From an uncultured Polaribacter sp. (lineage in GTDB: Bacteria; Bacteroidota; Bacteroidia; Flavobacteriales; Flavobacteriaceae): a DNA stretch of 56,357 nt. Of the stretch, positions 1 through 9,172 are shown piece by piece. The position numbers and the translations under genes were made by a program. Below the pieces are notes generated by a model. That model saw nothing but the letters and a program-made list of their open reading frames with translations. It searched no databases and had not been told where the DNA came from. Positions within the stretch are counted from its first letter, which is position 1, and each line of letters starts with the position of its first letter. Location: contig CAJXTJ010000001.1 of the NCBI GenBank assembly GCA_913061165.1, positions 1-56,357 of the forward strand, in the 5' to 3' direction.

Positions 1-48
1 CGAGATGTAGAGAGGTCTCGTGGGCTCGGAGATGTGTATAAGAGACAG
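1..48 (+). other. Illumina Nextera i7 adapter remnant (sequencing artefact)
   Basis: CGAGAT-GTAGAGAG-GTCTCGTGGGCTCGG-AGATGTGTATAAGAGACAG = P7 tail, 8-nt index, Nextera read-2 sequence and 19-bp Tn5 mosaic end. Confidence 0.98.
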
Positions 49-885
49 CCATTTGTGTCTTTTATCTATGGGATTGTGCAAGGAAAATACAATTATAAAG
101 TATTAAAATACCAGTTAACGTTTAAAGATTTACCAGAAGCTTTTGATGGTTTTACAATCACGCAAATTTCAGACATCCATTCTGGAAGCTTTACCAATAG
201 AGAAAAAATACAATATGGTGTTCATTTAATCAATGAACAAAAATCTGATATTATGTTATTTACAGGAGATATTGTAAATAATAAAGCAGATGAAATGGAC
301 AATTGGATAGCTGTTTTTGACAAATTAGAAGCCAAAGAAGGCAAGTATTCTATTCTTGGGAATCATGATTATGGAGATTATATGGATTGGGACAATCCGC
401 AGGATAAAATAGATAATTTTCAGAAAGTAAAAGATATTCATGAAAAAATAGGGTTCGATTTATTGCTAGATGAACACCGTTATATAGAAAAAGATGGCCA
501 AAAAATTGCACTTTTGGGTGTAGAAAATTGGGGAAAGGGGTTTAATAAAGCAGGAGATTTACAACGCGCGGCCGCGGGTATTCAAAAAGAAGATTTTAAA
601 ATCTTAATGTCTCATGATCCAAGTCATTGGGATGAGAAAGTAAAAAAAGATCCTTTTAATTATCAGTTAACTTTAAGCGGTCATACACATGGCTTGCAGA
701 TGGGTATCGAAATTCCGGGTTGGTTTAAATGGAGTCCGTCTAAATATGCCTACAAACAATGGGCAGGCTTGTATGAAGAAGCTGGCAGAGTTATAAATGT
801 AAACAGAGGTTTTGGGTATCATGCATTTCCGGGGAGAGTGGGTATTTGGCCAGAAATAACAGTTATAGAACTTAAAAAGTCTTGA
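49..885 (+). CDS. Calcineurin-like metallophosphoesterase (YkuE-like), 5'-truncated
   Basis: Motifs DIHSG, TGDIVN, LGNHDY, SHDP, SGHTHG; the ORF-track start MYKRQ is adapter sequence, so the true start lies outside the window. Confidence 0.9.
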   Translation, partial: PFVSFIYGIVQGKYNYKVLKYQLTFKDLPEAFDGFTITQISDIHSGSFTNREKIQYGVHLINEQKSDIMLFTGDIVNNKADEMDNWIAVFDKLEAKEGKYSILGNHDYGDYMDWDNPQDKIDNFQKVKDIHEKIGFDLLLDEHRYIEKDGQKIALLGVENWGKGFNKAGDLQRAAAGIQKEDFKILMSHDPSHWDEKVKKDPFNYQLTLSGHTHGLQMGIEIPGWFKWSPSKYAYKQWAGLYEEAGRVINVNRGFGYHAFPGRVGIWPEITVIELKKS

Positions 886-912
886 CAATCAGTTTATTAA
901 AAATAGATTTAT

Positions 913-920
913 TATATTTG
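913..920 (+). promoter_or_regulatory. Bacteroidota -7 promoter element
   Basis: TATATTTG matches TAnnTTTG, upstream of the thioredoxin-like gene. Confidence 0.55.
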
Positions 921-973
921 AAAGTGATGCAATGCGTAATTTATACGGACTTCACTTTTCAAAAACTTGTCTT

Positions 974-1267
974 ATGCCAAAATTTGGAGAATTAATTAAT
1001 TTTCAAAAGCCAGTTCTTATAGATTTTTATGCAGATTATGGAGATTTAGAAAATACCATAAAAATGCTAAGAAGCGTGGCAGCAGTTCTAGGAGAGAGTG
1101 CAAAAGTAATTAAGATAGATATTACTAAAAATGAAGTGCTTGTAGATGCTTTGCGCGTAAAGGGAAATCCAACTTTTATGATTTATAAAGATGGAGAAAT
1201 GAAATGGCGCCAGACAGGAGCTCAAGATGCTAAGACTTTAATTGGTTTGGTAAAACAATACGTTTAA
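974..1267 (+). CDS. Thioredoxin-fold protein lacking the CxxC motif
   Basis: PVLIDFYA..., KIDI.KN, cis-Pro loop GNPTFMIYKDG, RQTGA; ATG 974 preferred over 932 because the fold starts there. Confidence 0.8.
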   Translation: MPKFGELINFQKPVLIDFYADYGDLENTIKMLRSVAAVLGESAKVIKIDITKNEVLVDALRVKGNPTFMIYKDGEMKWRQTGAQDAKTLIGLVKQYV

Positions 1268-1292
1268 ATTATTTTGAAGCTATGTTACACCT

Positions 1293-1934
1293 CTAAATTG
1301 CTTTAAAAACAAATCCTTGCTCAGAGAATTCTTTTAAAACTTTAGGTAAGACAAATTTCAATTTTTCAGATGCTTTTACACTGTCATGAAATACAATAAT
1401 ACTACCGTTTTTAGTATTGTTTAAAACATTACGTAAACACTGTTCTTTAGACGTGGAAACATCAAAATCTGCAGATAAAACATCCCACATTATTATCCTA
1501 TAATCTTTTTTTAGAATTGATTTAGCTTGGCTCTTTTTAATCTTTCCGTACGGAGGGCGAAATAATTTTGGTTTCGTACCCTTATCTAAAGTCTTTGAAA
1601 TAATATGTTCACATTGCAAAAAATTATCAATATAATCTTTGTTTTTAGTGGTCCAACCATTTAAATGATTGTGAGTATGATTACCTATCGTATGCTTTGA
1701 ATTTTGAATTTTTTTAAAAACATCAGGGTGATTTAGGATGTTTTTGCCAATGCAAAAGAACGTGGCTTTTGCATTGTATTTTTTTAATTCATCTAAAACA
1801 AATTGGGTAACCTCTGGTGTTGGCCCGTCATCAAAAGTGAGGTAAATTTCTTTTACATCTCTGGAAAAACGCCAAGTATATTTAGAGAAAAATCTCATCA
1901 TACAACTTGGTGTTTTTGGGATATAAAATTTCAT
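1293..1934 (-). CDS. Polysaccharide deacetylase (NodB/CE4)
   Basis: LTFDDGP, GNHTHNH, FRPPYG, IIVFHD motifs. Confidence 0.92.
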   Translation of the reverse strand: MKFYIPKTPSCMMRFFSKYTWRFSRDVKEIYLTFDDGPTPEVTQFVLDELKKYNAKATFFCIGKNILNHPDVFKKIQNSKHTIGNHTHNHLNGWTTKNKDYIDNFLQCEHIISKTLDKGTKPKLFRPPYGKIKKSQAKSILKKDYRIIMWDVLSADFDVSTSKEQCLRNVLNNTKNGSIIVFHDSVKASEKLKFVLPKVLKEFSEQGFVFKAI

Positions 1935-1938
1935 TTTT

Positions 1939-4900
1939 TTATTCTTCTAAAAAATCTAAATCTGTAGGTTCTTCATCAGGTATTAAATACTCAAAAAGCT
2001 TTACGGTATCCATAAAATCTGTTTGAATTTTAGATACAAAATCTTTATTTGTACTTCCTTGTTCAACTTGATCTATTAAGTTTTTAAACATGTACAAAGA
2101 AGTATCAATTTCATCAAAAACAAGCGCACTATTATTTTTATTAAAAGTACTTAACCAAGTTAATTTTTCTGTAATTAAACGCGCTAAAGTTTTTACCGTT
2201 TGTTGTGCCTTTTCATCTTCACCTAAATTATAATACATCTCAGGATACCCCAAAGACAAGCTGTAATGATCAAATTTTTCTATTGGTAATTTTTCTAAAG
2301 ATAAATCTAAAACTTCAACAGCTTTTAAAGTGTCACCTTCTTTTGCAAAAGCATCAGACAAACGCATTAAGCTATTTCTCATAGAAATGGCATTTCTTTT
2401 TGTTTGCTCATCTAAATATATTTTACCGCTGTTAATGTTTCTCCATTCTAACTTGTTAATGTTTGCATACATTTTCTCGGCATCGATTCTACCAATATCA
2501 AATAAGCTTACTTCTCTAGTCCTGCCATTTGTATCCATATATTTTGCAGGTGTTTTTATGGGTACTAATTTAAAAGCCAAACCATCTAACTGCAAGTAAT
2601 CTTTTAGCCAAATATATTCCTCGTCTGCGTTTGCACCGCCAGTAAAGTAGATCGGTTGTTTCCAATCGTTATTTGCCAAGATGTCTAGCATTAAAATACG
2701 GTTTTTAGTAATTCCTCGATCATCAATAGTAATGTCTATATAGTCTACAATTTTGTCTGCATCTTTTTGAGCAACAACACCACTTTTTAACACATTTTCT
2801 TTGTTAACAGGAATTCGAATACGATTTGTTGGATAAAATTTCTCTTTAATATTTTCTTCCTCATCAATGTAGTAAGTAGCGTCACTTTCTGAAGAGATCC
2901 AGCGCATAAAGTCTTTAATTGCGATCACAGAATCTTTAAACCTAGGGTGTTCTATGTGATAGGCAATATCTAAACTTCCATATTTATACTGGTCGTGTTT
3001 TAATTGAGATGGAATAGGAGGTGCGTCATAGGTTGTACGCTTCATTTGGTCTATGTACCAATCTGTTGCAAATAAACTGGTGTTTACCAACTTTAAATCG
3101 GTTCTAATACCTTCTACTTCTTGCATGTACCAAAGCGGAAACGTATCATTATCTCCAATGGTAAATAGAATAGCGTTGTCATCACAACTTTCTAAATATG
3201 CTTGTGCATTTAAACGGGTTGTATATCTATTAGAGCGGTCATGATCGTCCCAGTTTTCAGAGGCCATTAATGTTGGCACGGCTAGCAAAGAAACTACAGA
3301 AACTGCAATTGCAATTGTTTTTTTATTAGCAAAGTTCTTTAAATATTCATAAAGTGCTAAGACACCAAAACCAATCCAAATAGCAAAAATATAGAAACTA
3401 CCTACAATTGCATAATCACGTTCTCTTGGCTCAAAAGGCTTCGGGTTTGTATAAAATATAATTGCAAAACCTGTAAAAGCAAAGAATAAAAAGAGGGTAA
3501 AGAAATTATTTTTGTCCCATTTAATTTGAAAAAATAAGCCAATAAGTCCTAAAATAAGCGGTAAAAAGTAGTATTTATTTCTTCCTTTATTTTCTATAGC
3601 TTGGGTTGGAAGTTGTTTTTGAGAACCGAGTCTTGTTTCATCTATGGCGTCAATTCCGCTAATCCAATTTCCATTAAAAATATCTAACCTTCCTTGAACA
3701 TCATTTTGTCTACCTGCAAAATTCCACATAAAATAACGTCCATACATATAGCCAAATTGATAGCTAAACATAAATTTAAGATTTTCACCAAAAGTGGGTC
3801 TTCTTTTACTGTTTTCCGGAATTCCAGCAATAGCCTTATACATTTTTTCTGCAGCCGGATTTACCATTCTTGGAATAAATCCTTTGTGTTTGTCGGAATA
3901 ATTAGGTATTACGTTTTTGTATTTGTTTACAATAACATATTCGTTATTTTTCTTTTCATATTTCGGCTTGTCATCTCTGTATGGTTGCTTGGCATCTTGC
4001 GTTCTTTCAAAGGTATTAGAATAGTACGTGTCATAGAAAACATTCGCATCTCCGTATTGTTCACGCTCATAATAGGCTAATAACTCACGAGCACTAGAAG
4101 GATTGTTTTCGTTAATGGTGGTATTTGCATTTGCTCTAATAGGTAGCATCATCCACGAAGAAAAACCAATCATAATAAAAAGCACAGACAATATTAAAGT
4201 GTTTGTATGAACTTTGTTGTGTTTTCTAGTGTATTTTAAACCAAAAAAGAAAAGCGCTATTAAAATAATTGCAGCAATAATACTTCCAGAATTAAAAGGC
4301 AAACCTATGGTATTTATAAAAAATAATTCTGATGCACTAAAGAATTTTAATGTAAAAGGAAATAAAAATTTGAATACAAAAGCCAAGATAAAAACAGCTA
4401 AAAAAGTAGCAATAGCTGTAGTTTTTAAGTTTATGTTTTTATAGGTTTTGAAGAAATACAACATAAAAATGGCAGGAATTACCAATAAAGAAAGTATGTG
4501 AACACCAAAAGACAAACCTACTACAAAACTTATAAGTATCAACCATTTATTGCCTCTTGCAGTGTGCAACTCGCTTTCCCATTTTAAACCGAGCCAAAAT
4601 AAGATCGCCATTAAAAATGAAGACATCGCGTAAACTTCTCCTTCTACAGCACTAAACCAAAAACTATCTGAAAATGTATAAGCTAAAGAGCCAACAATAC
4701 TGCTTCCTAAAATAGCAATGTAACTACCTTCTGTAATTTTACCTGTTTTTAAGGCTAGTTTTTCAGTAAGGTTACTAATGGTCCAAAACATAAATAAAAT
4801 AGTAAATGCGCTTGCTAAAGCAGACATAAAGTTTACCATTTTAGCAATCTCTGAACTCTCTGAAGTAAACATTGCAAAAAATGCACCTAACATTTGAAAT

Positions 4901-5073
4901 AAAGGTGCTCCTGGTGGATGGCCAACTTCTAGTTTTACAGAAGTAGCAATATATTCTCCAACATCCCAAGCACTAACGGTTGGTTCTATGGTTAAAGAAT
5001 AGGTTATTAAAGCAATTATAAATGTGAGCCATCCTAAGATTAGGTTCCATTTTTTAAAGTTTGCTGTTGTCAT
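1939..5073 (-). CDS. DUF2723 polytopic membrane protein (GT117/TMEM260-like glycosyltransferase)
   Basis: WDVGEYI, EVGHPPGAPLF, AVEGEVY, GDNDTFPLWY motifs, many TM segments, helical C-terminus; start taken at MTTANF (5073). Confidence 0.85.
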   Translation of the reverse strand: MTTANFKKWNLILGWLTFIIALITYSLTIEPTVSAWDVGEYIATSVKLEVGHPPGAPLFQMLGAFFAMFTSESSEIAKMVNFMSALASAFTILFMFWTISNLTEKLALKTGKITEGSYIAILGSSIVGSLAYTFSDSFWFSAVEGEVYAMSSFLMAILFWLGLKWESELHTARGNKWLILISFVVGLSFGVHILSLLVIPAIFMLYFFKTYKNINLKTTAIATFLAVFILAFVFKFLFPFTLKFFSASELFFINTIGLPFNSGSIIAAIILIALFFFGLKYTRKHNKVHTNTLILSVLFIMIGFSSWMMLPIRANANTTINENNPSSARELLAYYEREQYGDANVFYDTYYSNTFERTQDAKQPYRDDKPKYEKKNNEYVIVNKYKNVIPNYSDKHKGFIPRMVNPAAEKMYKAIAGIPENSKRRPTFGENLKFMFSYQFGYMYGRYFMWNFAGRQNDVQGRLDIFNGNWISGIDAIDETRLGSQKQLPTQAIENKGRNKYYFLPLILGLIGLFFQIKWDKNNFFTLFLFFAFTGFAIIFYTNPKPFEPRERDYAIVGSFYIFAIWIGFGVLALYEYLKNFANKKTIAIAVSVVSLLAVPTLMASENWDDHDRSNRYTTRLNAQAYLESCDDNAILFTIGDNDTFPLWYMQEVEGIRTDLKLVNTSLFATDWYIDQMKRTTYDAPPIPSQLKHDQYKYGSLDIAYHIEHPRFKDSVIAIKDFMRWISSESDATYYIDEEENIKEKFYPTNRIRIPVNKENVLKSGVVAQKDADKIVDYIDITIDDRGITKNRILMLDILANNDWKQPIYFTGGANADEEYIWLKDYLQLDGLAFKLVPIKTPAKYMDTNGRTREVSLFDIGRIDAEKMYANINKLEWRNINSGKIYLDEQTKRNAISMRNSLMRLSDAFAKEGDTLKAVEVLDLSLEKLPIEKFDHYSLSLGYPEMYYNLGEDEKAQQTVKTLARLITEKLTWLSTFNKNNSALVFDEIDTSLYMFKNLIDQVEQGSTNKDFVSKIQTDFMDTVKLFEYLIPDEEPTDLDFLEE

Positions 5074-5197
5074 AAGAATTACAGAATAATGTGTGGGCGA
5101 ATTTAATAATAAATATGAAGAAATAGGGTTATACAACTTTAATTACAGAGGTAAATCCTCATAAATGTTTGTTAAATAAAAAATTTATTTAAAAATG

Positions 5198-5228
5198 TTT
5201 GTGCATTTAAAAGAATAGACTAAATTTG
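5198..5228 (+). promoter_or_regulatory. Bacteroidota sigma-A promoter of tRNA-Gln
   Basis: TTTG (5198-5201), 19-nt spacer, TAAATTTG (5221-5228). Confidence 0.8.
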
Positions 5229-5245
5229 CATCCGCTAAGCAGTAT

Positions 5246-5317
5246 TGGCCTATGGTGTAATTGGTAACACACCGGTTTTTGGTACCGACATTCAAGGTTC
5301 GAGTCCTTGTAGGCCAA
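5246..5317 (+). tRNA. tRNA-Gln (anticodon UUG)
   Basis: Acceptor stem TGGCCTA/TAGGCCA, D-arm TGGTGTAATTGGTAACAC, anticodon loop TT-TTG-GT, T-arm CAAGGTTCGAGTCCTTG; CCA not encoded. Confidence 0.95.
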
Positions 5318-5319
5318 CA

Positions 5320-5356
5320 AAAAAGTCCTAACAAATTTAATTTGTTAGGACTTTTT
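5320..5356. terminator. Bidirectional intrinsic terminator
   Basis: AAAAAGTCCTAACAAA / TTTGTTAGGACTTTTT inverted repeat between convergent tRNA and MFS gene. Confidence 0.85.
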
Positions 5357-5432
5357 ATTTTATGCAGTTATTTGTCTTTGTAATTGTTGTTTTTACGTTA
5401 ATTAAGGTTCTAATATCTAGTGATTTACACTT

Positions 5433-6737
5433 TTATGTGCTCCAGCTTTTTATTTTATGACCCCAGACGGCAAACATTAGAATTATCACATAACAAGGTA
5501 TTAAAATCCAATAACTATCTGTAGAAGCAATTGCCAATGCATCTATTTCTTGGATTCCGTTGGTAATTAATTCTTGTTTATTGGCATCTACAATTCTACC
5601 ATATAATGGTGGAATAATTGCTCCACCAGAAATTGCCATGATTAAAAGTGCCGATCCTGTTTTTGTAAACTTTCCTAAACCCTCTAATGTCAGAGGCCAA
5701 ATTGCAGGCCAAACTAAAGCATTTGCAATTCCTAAAGCCGCCACAAATAAAATAGAAACAAACCCCGTTGTATTTAAAACACAAAAACTAAAAATAATTC
5801 CTAAAAGAGCACTTGCTATTAAAGCAGTTTTTTGTTTAAGATATTTAGGAATTAAAAATACACCTAAAGCGTAGGTTGCAACCATAGCCAATAATGTATA
5901 AGTAGTAAAATATTTTGCTTCTTCACCTGTAAAGCCAAGTGCTATTCCGTATGCAATAATAGTGTCTCCAGCAATTACTTCTGCCCCAACATAAACGAAC
6001 AAAGCCACAACTCCTAGCCATAAATTTGGAAATTGAAAAATACTTGTTTTAGCTGTTTTTCCTTCTTCTATTATTTCTGTTTCGGACGCTTCTACTTGTG
6101 GTAAGGGTGCTTTTCTTATGAGAACACCTAGTATAAAGAGTACAAGTGCCATCATCAGATACGGCATAAAAACACTATCTGCCATCGCATCTAATAAAGT
6201 ATTTTTTTCTTCTAAAGTAGCTCCACTTAATTTTTCTTTAGTTTCATCTATTCCAGATAATAAAAGAGCTCCAAAGATTAGAGAACCTAAAGCACCAGCG
6301 GTTTTATTTGCAATTCCCATAATTGCAATACGTTTAGCACCACTTTCAATAGGTCCTAAAATAGTAATGTATGGGTTTGCAGCTGTTTGTAAAATAGTCA
6401 TTCCAACTCCTTGAATAAAAATACCTGTTAAGAAAACCCAATAGGTTCTTGCCTCTGCAGCAGGAATAAAAATTAAAGCGCCAATTCCCATAATGATTAA
6501 TCCTAGAGACATGCCTTTTTTGTAGCCAATTTTATTTAAAATATAAGAAGCAGGCAACGCCATAACTACAAATGAAATATAAGAGGCAGATGCAACCAAA
6601 TAAGATTGCGCGTCTGTAAGTTCGTTTATAGTTTTCATAAACGGAATTAAGGCCCCATTTATCCAGGTAACAAATCCGAAAATGAAAAATAAACTTGCAA
6701 TAATTACAATTGCCGTGGTGTTATTTTTTTGCTGCAT
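5433..6737 (-). CDS. Glucose/galactose MFS transporter (GluP/FucP family)
   Basis: 12-TM pattern, LFFIFGFVTW, LQTAANPY, FVYVGAE, LIMAISGGA. Confidence 0.85.
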   Translation of the reverse strand: MQQKNNTTAIVIIASLFFIFGFVTWINGALIPFMKTINELTDAQSYLVASASYISFVVMALPASYILNKIGYKKGMSLGLIIMGIGALIFIPAAEARTYWVFLTGIFIQGVGMTILQTAANPYITILGPIESGAKRIAIMGIANKTAGALGSLIFGALLLSGIDETKEKLSGATLEEKNTLLDAMADSVFMPYLMMALVLFILGVLIRKAPLPQVEASETEIIEEGKTAKTSIFQFPNLWLGVVALFVYVGAEVIAGDTIIAYGIALGFTGEEAKYFTTYTLLAMVATYALGVFLIPKYLKQKTALIASALLGIIFSFCVLNTTGFVSILFVAALGIANALVWPAIWPLTLEGLGKFTKTGSALLIMAISGGAIIPPLYGRIVDANKQELITNGIQEIDALAIASTDSYWILIPCYVIILMFAVWGHKIKSWST

Positions 6738-6802
6738 TGTGTATGTTTTGTGATATGCTGCTAAAATTACATATTTATTTTAGAAAAATGTGAACTCCTA
6801 TA

Positions 6803-8086
6803 TTATTTCATTAAAAAAGCTTTCAAGTCTTCATAACTAGCTACTTTTATGGCTACTTTCTTATTATTGATAACTTTCTGAATTTGTACAGGAATTGCTA
6901 CTTTAACAGGAAGCGTTTCTTCTACAACGTCTAAAAATTTTACAGGATGTGCCGTTTCTAGAAATACACCAAATTCATTTGCTTGTAAATTGTATTTTTT
7001 TAAACCTAAATAACCAACAGCACCATGCGGATCTGCAACATAACCAGAATCGCCATAGATTTTTTTCATGGTCTCTCGCGTTTCCTCATCTGAGAAGCTA
7101 TATGAAGAGAAAGCACTTTTAAGCGCTTCTAAATCGTTGTTAAATAATTCTCTAATTCTTATAAAATTACTCGGGTTCCCAACATCCATTGCATTAGAAA
7201 TAGTTGCTTTAGAGGGTTTCGGACTGTAAACACCAGCTACTAAATAATTAGGAACGGTATCATTTATATTGGTAGAAGCCACAAAATGTTTGATAGGTAA
7301 ACCTAATTTTTGTGCCATAATTCCTGCACAGATATTACCAAAATTTCCACTTGGTACAGAAAAAACCAACTCTTTATTTGTTTTTTGTAATTCTTTATAA
7401 GCAAAGAAAAAATAGAACATTTGTGGCAACCAACGGGCAATATTTATAGAATTTGCAGAGGTTAGAGTTCTCTTAATATCTTCATCTAAGAAAGCCGTTT
7501 TTACCATTTCTTGGCAATCGTCAAAAACACCGTCTACTTCTAATGCTGTAATATTTTGCCCTAAAGTGGTCAATTGTTTTTCTTGAACATTACTTACTTT
7601 TCCTGAAGGATATAGTATTACAACATTTACACCTTTTGCTCCTAAAAAACCATTTGCAACAGCACCGCCAGTATCTCCAGATGTAGCTACTAAAACAGTA
7701 ACCTCTTCTTCATTATCTTTATTGAAATACGCTAAACACTGCGCCATAAATTTTGCTCCAACATCTTTAAAAGCCATTGTTGGGCCATGAAACAGCTCTA
7801 AAGAAGCAATATTATCATCTACTTTTACCAAAGGAAAATCAAAGGAAATAGTTTCTTTAATAATCTCTTTTAGTTTCTCTGTTGGAATTTCATCACCAAC
7901 AAACTGCTTAATTGCTTCATACGCAATTTCATGATTTGTATACTCGGTAATATTGGCAATAAAATCTTTAGAAAGTGGTGTTATATTCTCTGGAAAGTAG
8001 ATGCCTCTATCTTTTGCAAGACCTTGTATAACAGCATTTTTAAAGCTTGTATTTGGCGATTTATGGTGTAAACTGTAGTAGTTCAT
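6803..8086 (-). CDS. thrC: Threonine synthase
   Basis: ELFHGPTMAFKD (PLP Lys), ATSGDTG, SANSIN, VPSGNFGN. Confidence 0.96.
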   Translation of the reverse strand: MNYYSLHHKSPNTSFKNAVIQGLAKDRGIYFPENITPLSKDFIANITEYTNHEIAYEAIKQFVGDEIPTEKLKEIIKETISFDFPLVKVDDNIASLELFHGPTMAFKDVGAKFMAQCLAYFNKDNEEEVTVLVATSGDTGGAVANGFLGAKGVNVVILYPSGKVSNVQEKQLTTLGQNITALEVDGVFDDCQEMVKTAFLDEDIKRTLTSANSINIARWLPQMFYFFFAYKELQKTNKELVFSVPSGNFGNICAGIMAQKLGLPIKHFVASTNINDTVPNYLVAGVYSPKPSKATISNAMDVGNPSNFIRIRELFNNDLEALKSAFSSYSFSDEETRETMKKIYGDSGYVADPHGAVGYLGLKKYNLQANEFGVFLETAHPVKFLDVVEETLPVKVAIPVQIQKVINNKKVAIKVASYEDLKAFLMK

Positions 8087-8163
8087 TTTTTTAAGTTTTT
8101 AATTTTGAGTTTTAAGTGTTTGGTTGCAGCAGAAACTGCTCATTAAATACCTAAAACTAATAA

Positions 8164-9087
8164 CTATTTTATAATTTTTATTCCTTCTGGACTTACTTTT
8201 GAAACAAACATTTCAAAATCGATTCCTGTATTTTTATAACTTTCTTCTATACTTTTGTAAACAGCTTTAGCAACGGTATCGCCTTTACAAAGAGCGAAAA
8301 CTGTAGGGCCAGAACCACTAATCCCAGCACCTAAAGCACCTGCTTTTAGGGCACTATTTTTAATATTGTCAAAAAACGGAATTAAAGATTTCCTTGCAGG
8401 TTCTGCAACAATGTCTACCAATGAGTTGCTTATAAGATTGTAATTATCTGTGTACAAACCGCTAATTAAACCACCAACATTCGCCCACTGCGTAACTGCA
8501 TCTTTTAATGGAATCTTTGTAGGTAAAACATCTCTTGCATCTTTTGTTTTTATGGTTATTTGTGGGTGAATTGCAACTACTCTTAATTCATTAGGAACGG
8601 GAAGTTTTATAATTTCTAGAGGTTCGTAACTTCTAACCAAGATAAAACCACCAAAAATAGCAGCAGCAACATTGTCTGCAATTGCTGATCCGCATGCAAC
8701 CTTTTCACCAAACATAGCAAACTTTGTCAACTCTAAATTAGAGTACATATCTCCTAATAATTGATTTGTACCAAAGGCAGCACCTGCAGCGCTTGCAGCA
8801 GAACTTCCTAAACCACTTCCTGGAGAGAAACCTTTATGAATAGTTAGTTCAATTCCAAAATCTGCATTGGCTGTATGTAGCATTTTTTTAACTACAGCAC
8901 TCGCTGCATTTTCGTCAACGTTATAAGTTAAATCAGCACCAGTAATATTGGTGATTTGAACTCCCTTTTCAGCGGTTTTTGTAAATGTCATTTCGTCTCC
9001 AATAGCATCTACGGCAAAACCAAGAGAATCAAAACCACAAGAAACATTTGCAACGGTTGCTGGGGCGAATATTTTTATATACTTCAT
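8164..9087 (-). CDS. thrB: Homoserine kinase
   Basis: APATVANV, GHMP motif PGSGLGSSAAS, ISGSGPT; between thrA and thrC. Confidence 0.95.
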   Translation of the reverse strand: MKYIKIFAPATVANVSCGFDSLGFAVDAIGDEMTFTKTAEKGVQITNITGADLTYNVDENAASAVVKKMLHTANADFGIELTIHKGFSPGSGLGSSAASAAGAAFGTNQLLGDMYSNLELTKFAMFGEKVACGSAIADNVAAAIFGGFILVRSYEPLEIIKLPVPNELRVVAIHPQITIKTKDARDVLPTKIPLKDAVTQWANVGGLISGLYTDNYNLISNSLVDIVAEPARKSLIPFFDNIKNSALKAGALGAGISGSGPTVFALCKGDTVAKAVYKSIEESYKNTGIDFEMFVSKVSPEGIKIIK

Positions 9088-9172
9088 TTTTTTCTGTTCA
9101 GTGTTTAGTTTTTAGCTCTCAGTCGTTTTTTACAATCAGTTTCTAGCTGTAAAACTACTTAGAAATAAATAC

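Noticed and set aside
34-48. ORF-track start MYKRQ for the metallophosphoesterase
   Set aside because: Translated adapter sequence
5271-5288. C-A mismatch at the top of the tRNA-Gln anticodon stem as a sign of a pseudo-tRNA
   Set aside because: All other arms, the promoter and the terminator are intact, and mismatches at 27-43 are tolerated
5246-5432. tRNA-Gln as an integration site for an island
   Set aside because: No integrase and no duplicated tRNA 3' end seen; flanking genes are housekeeping
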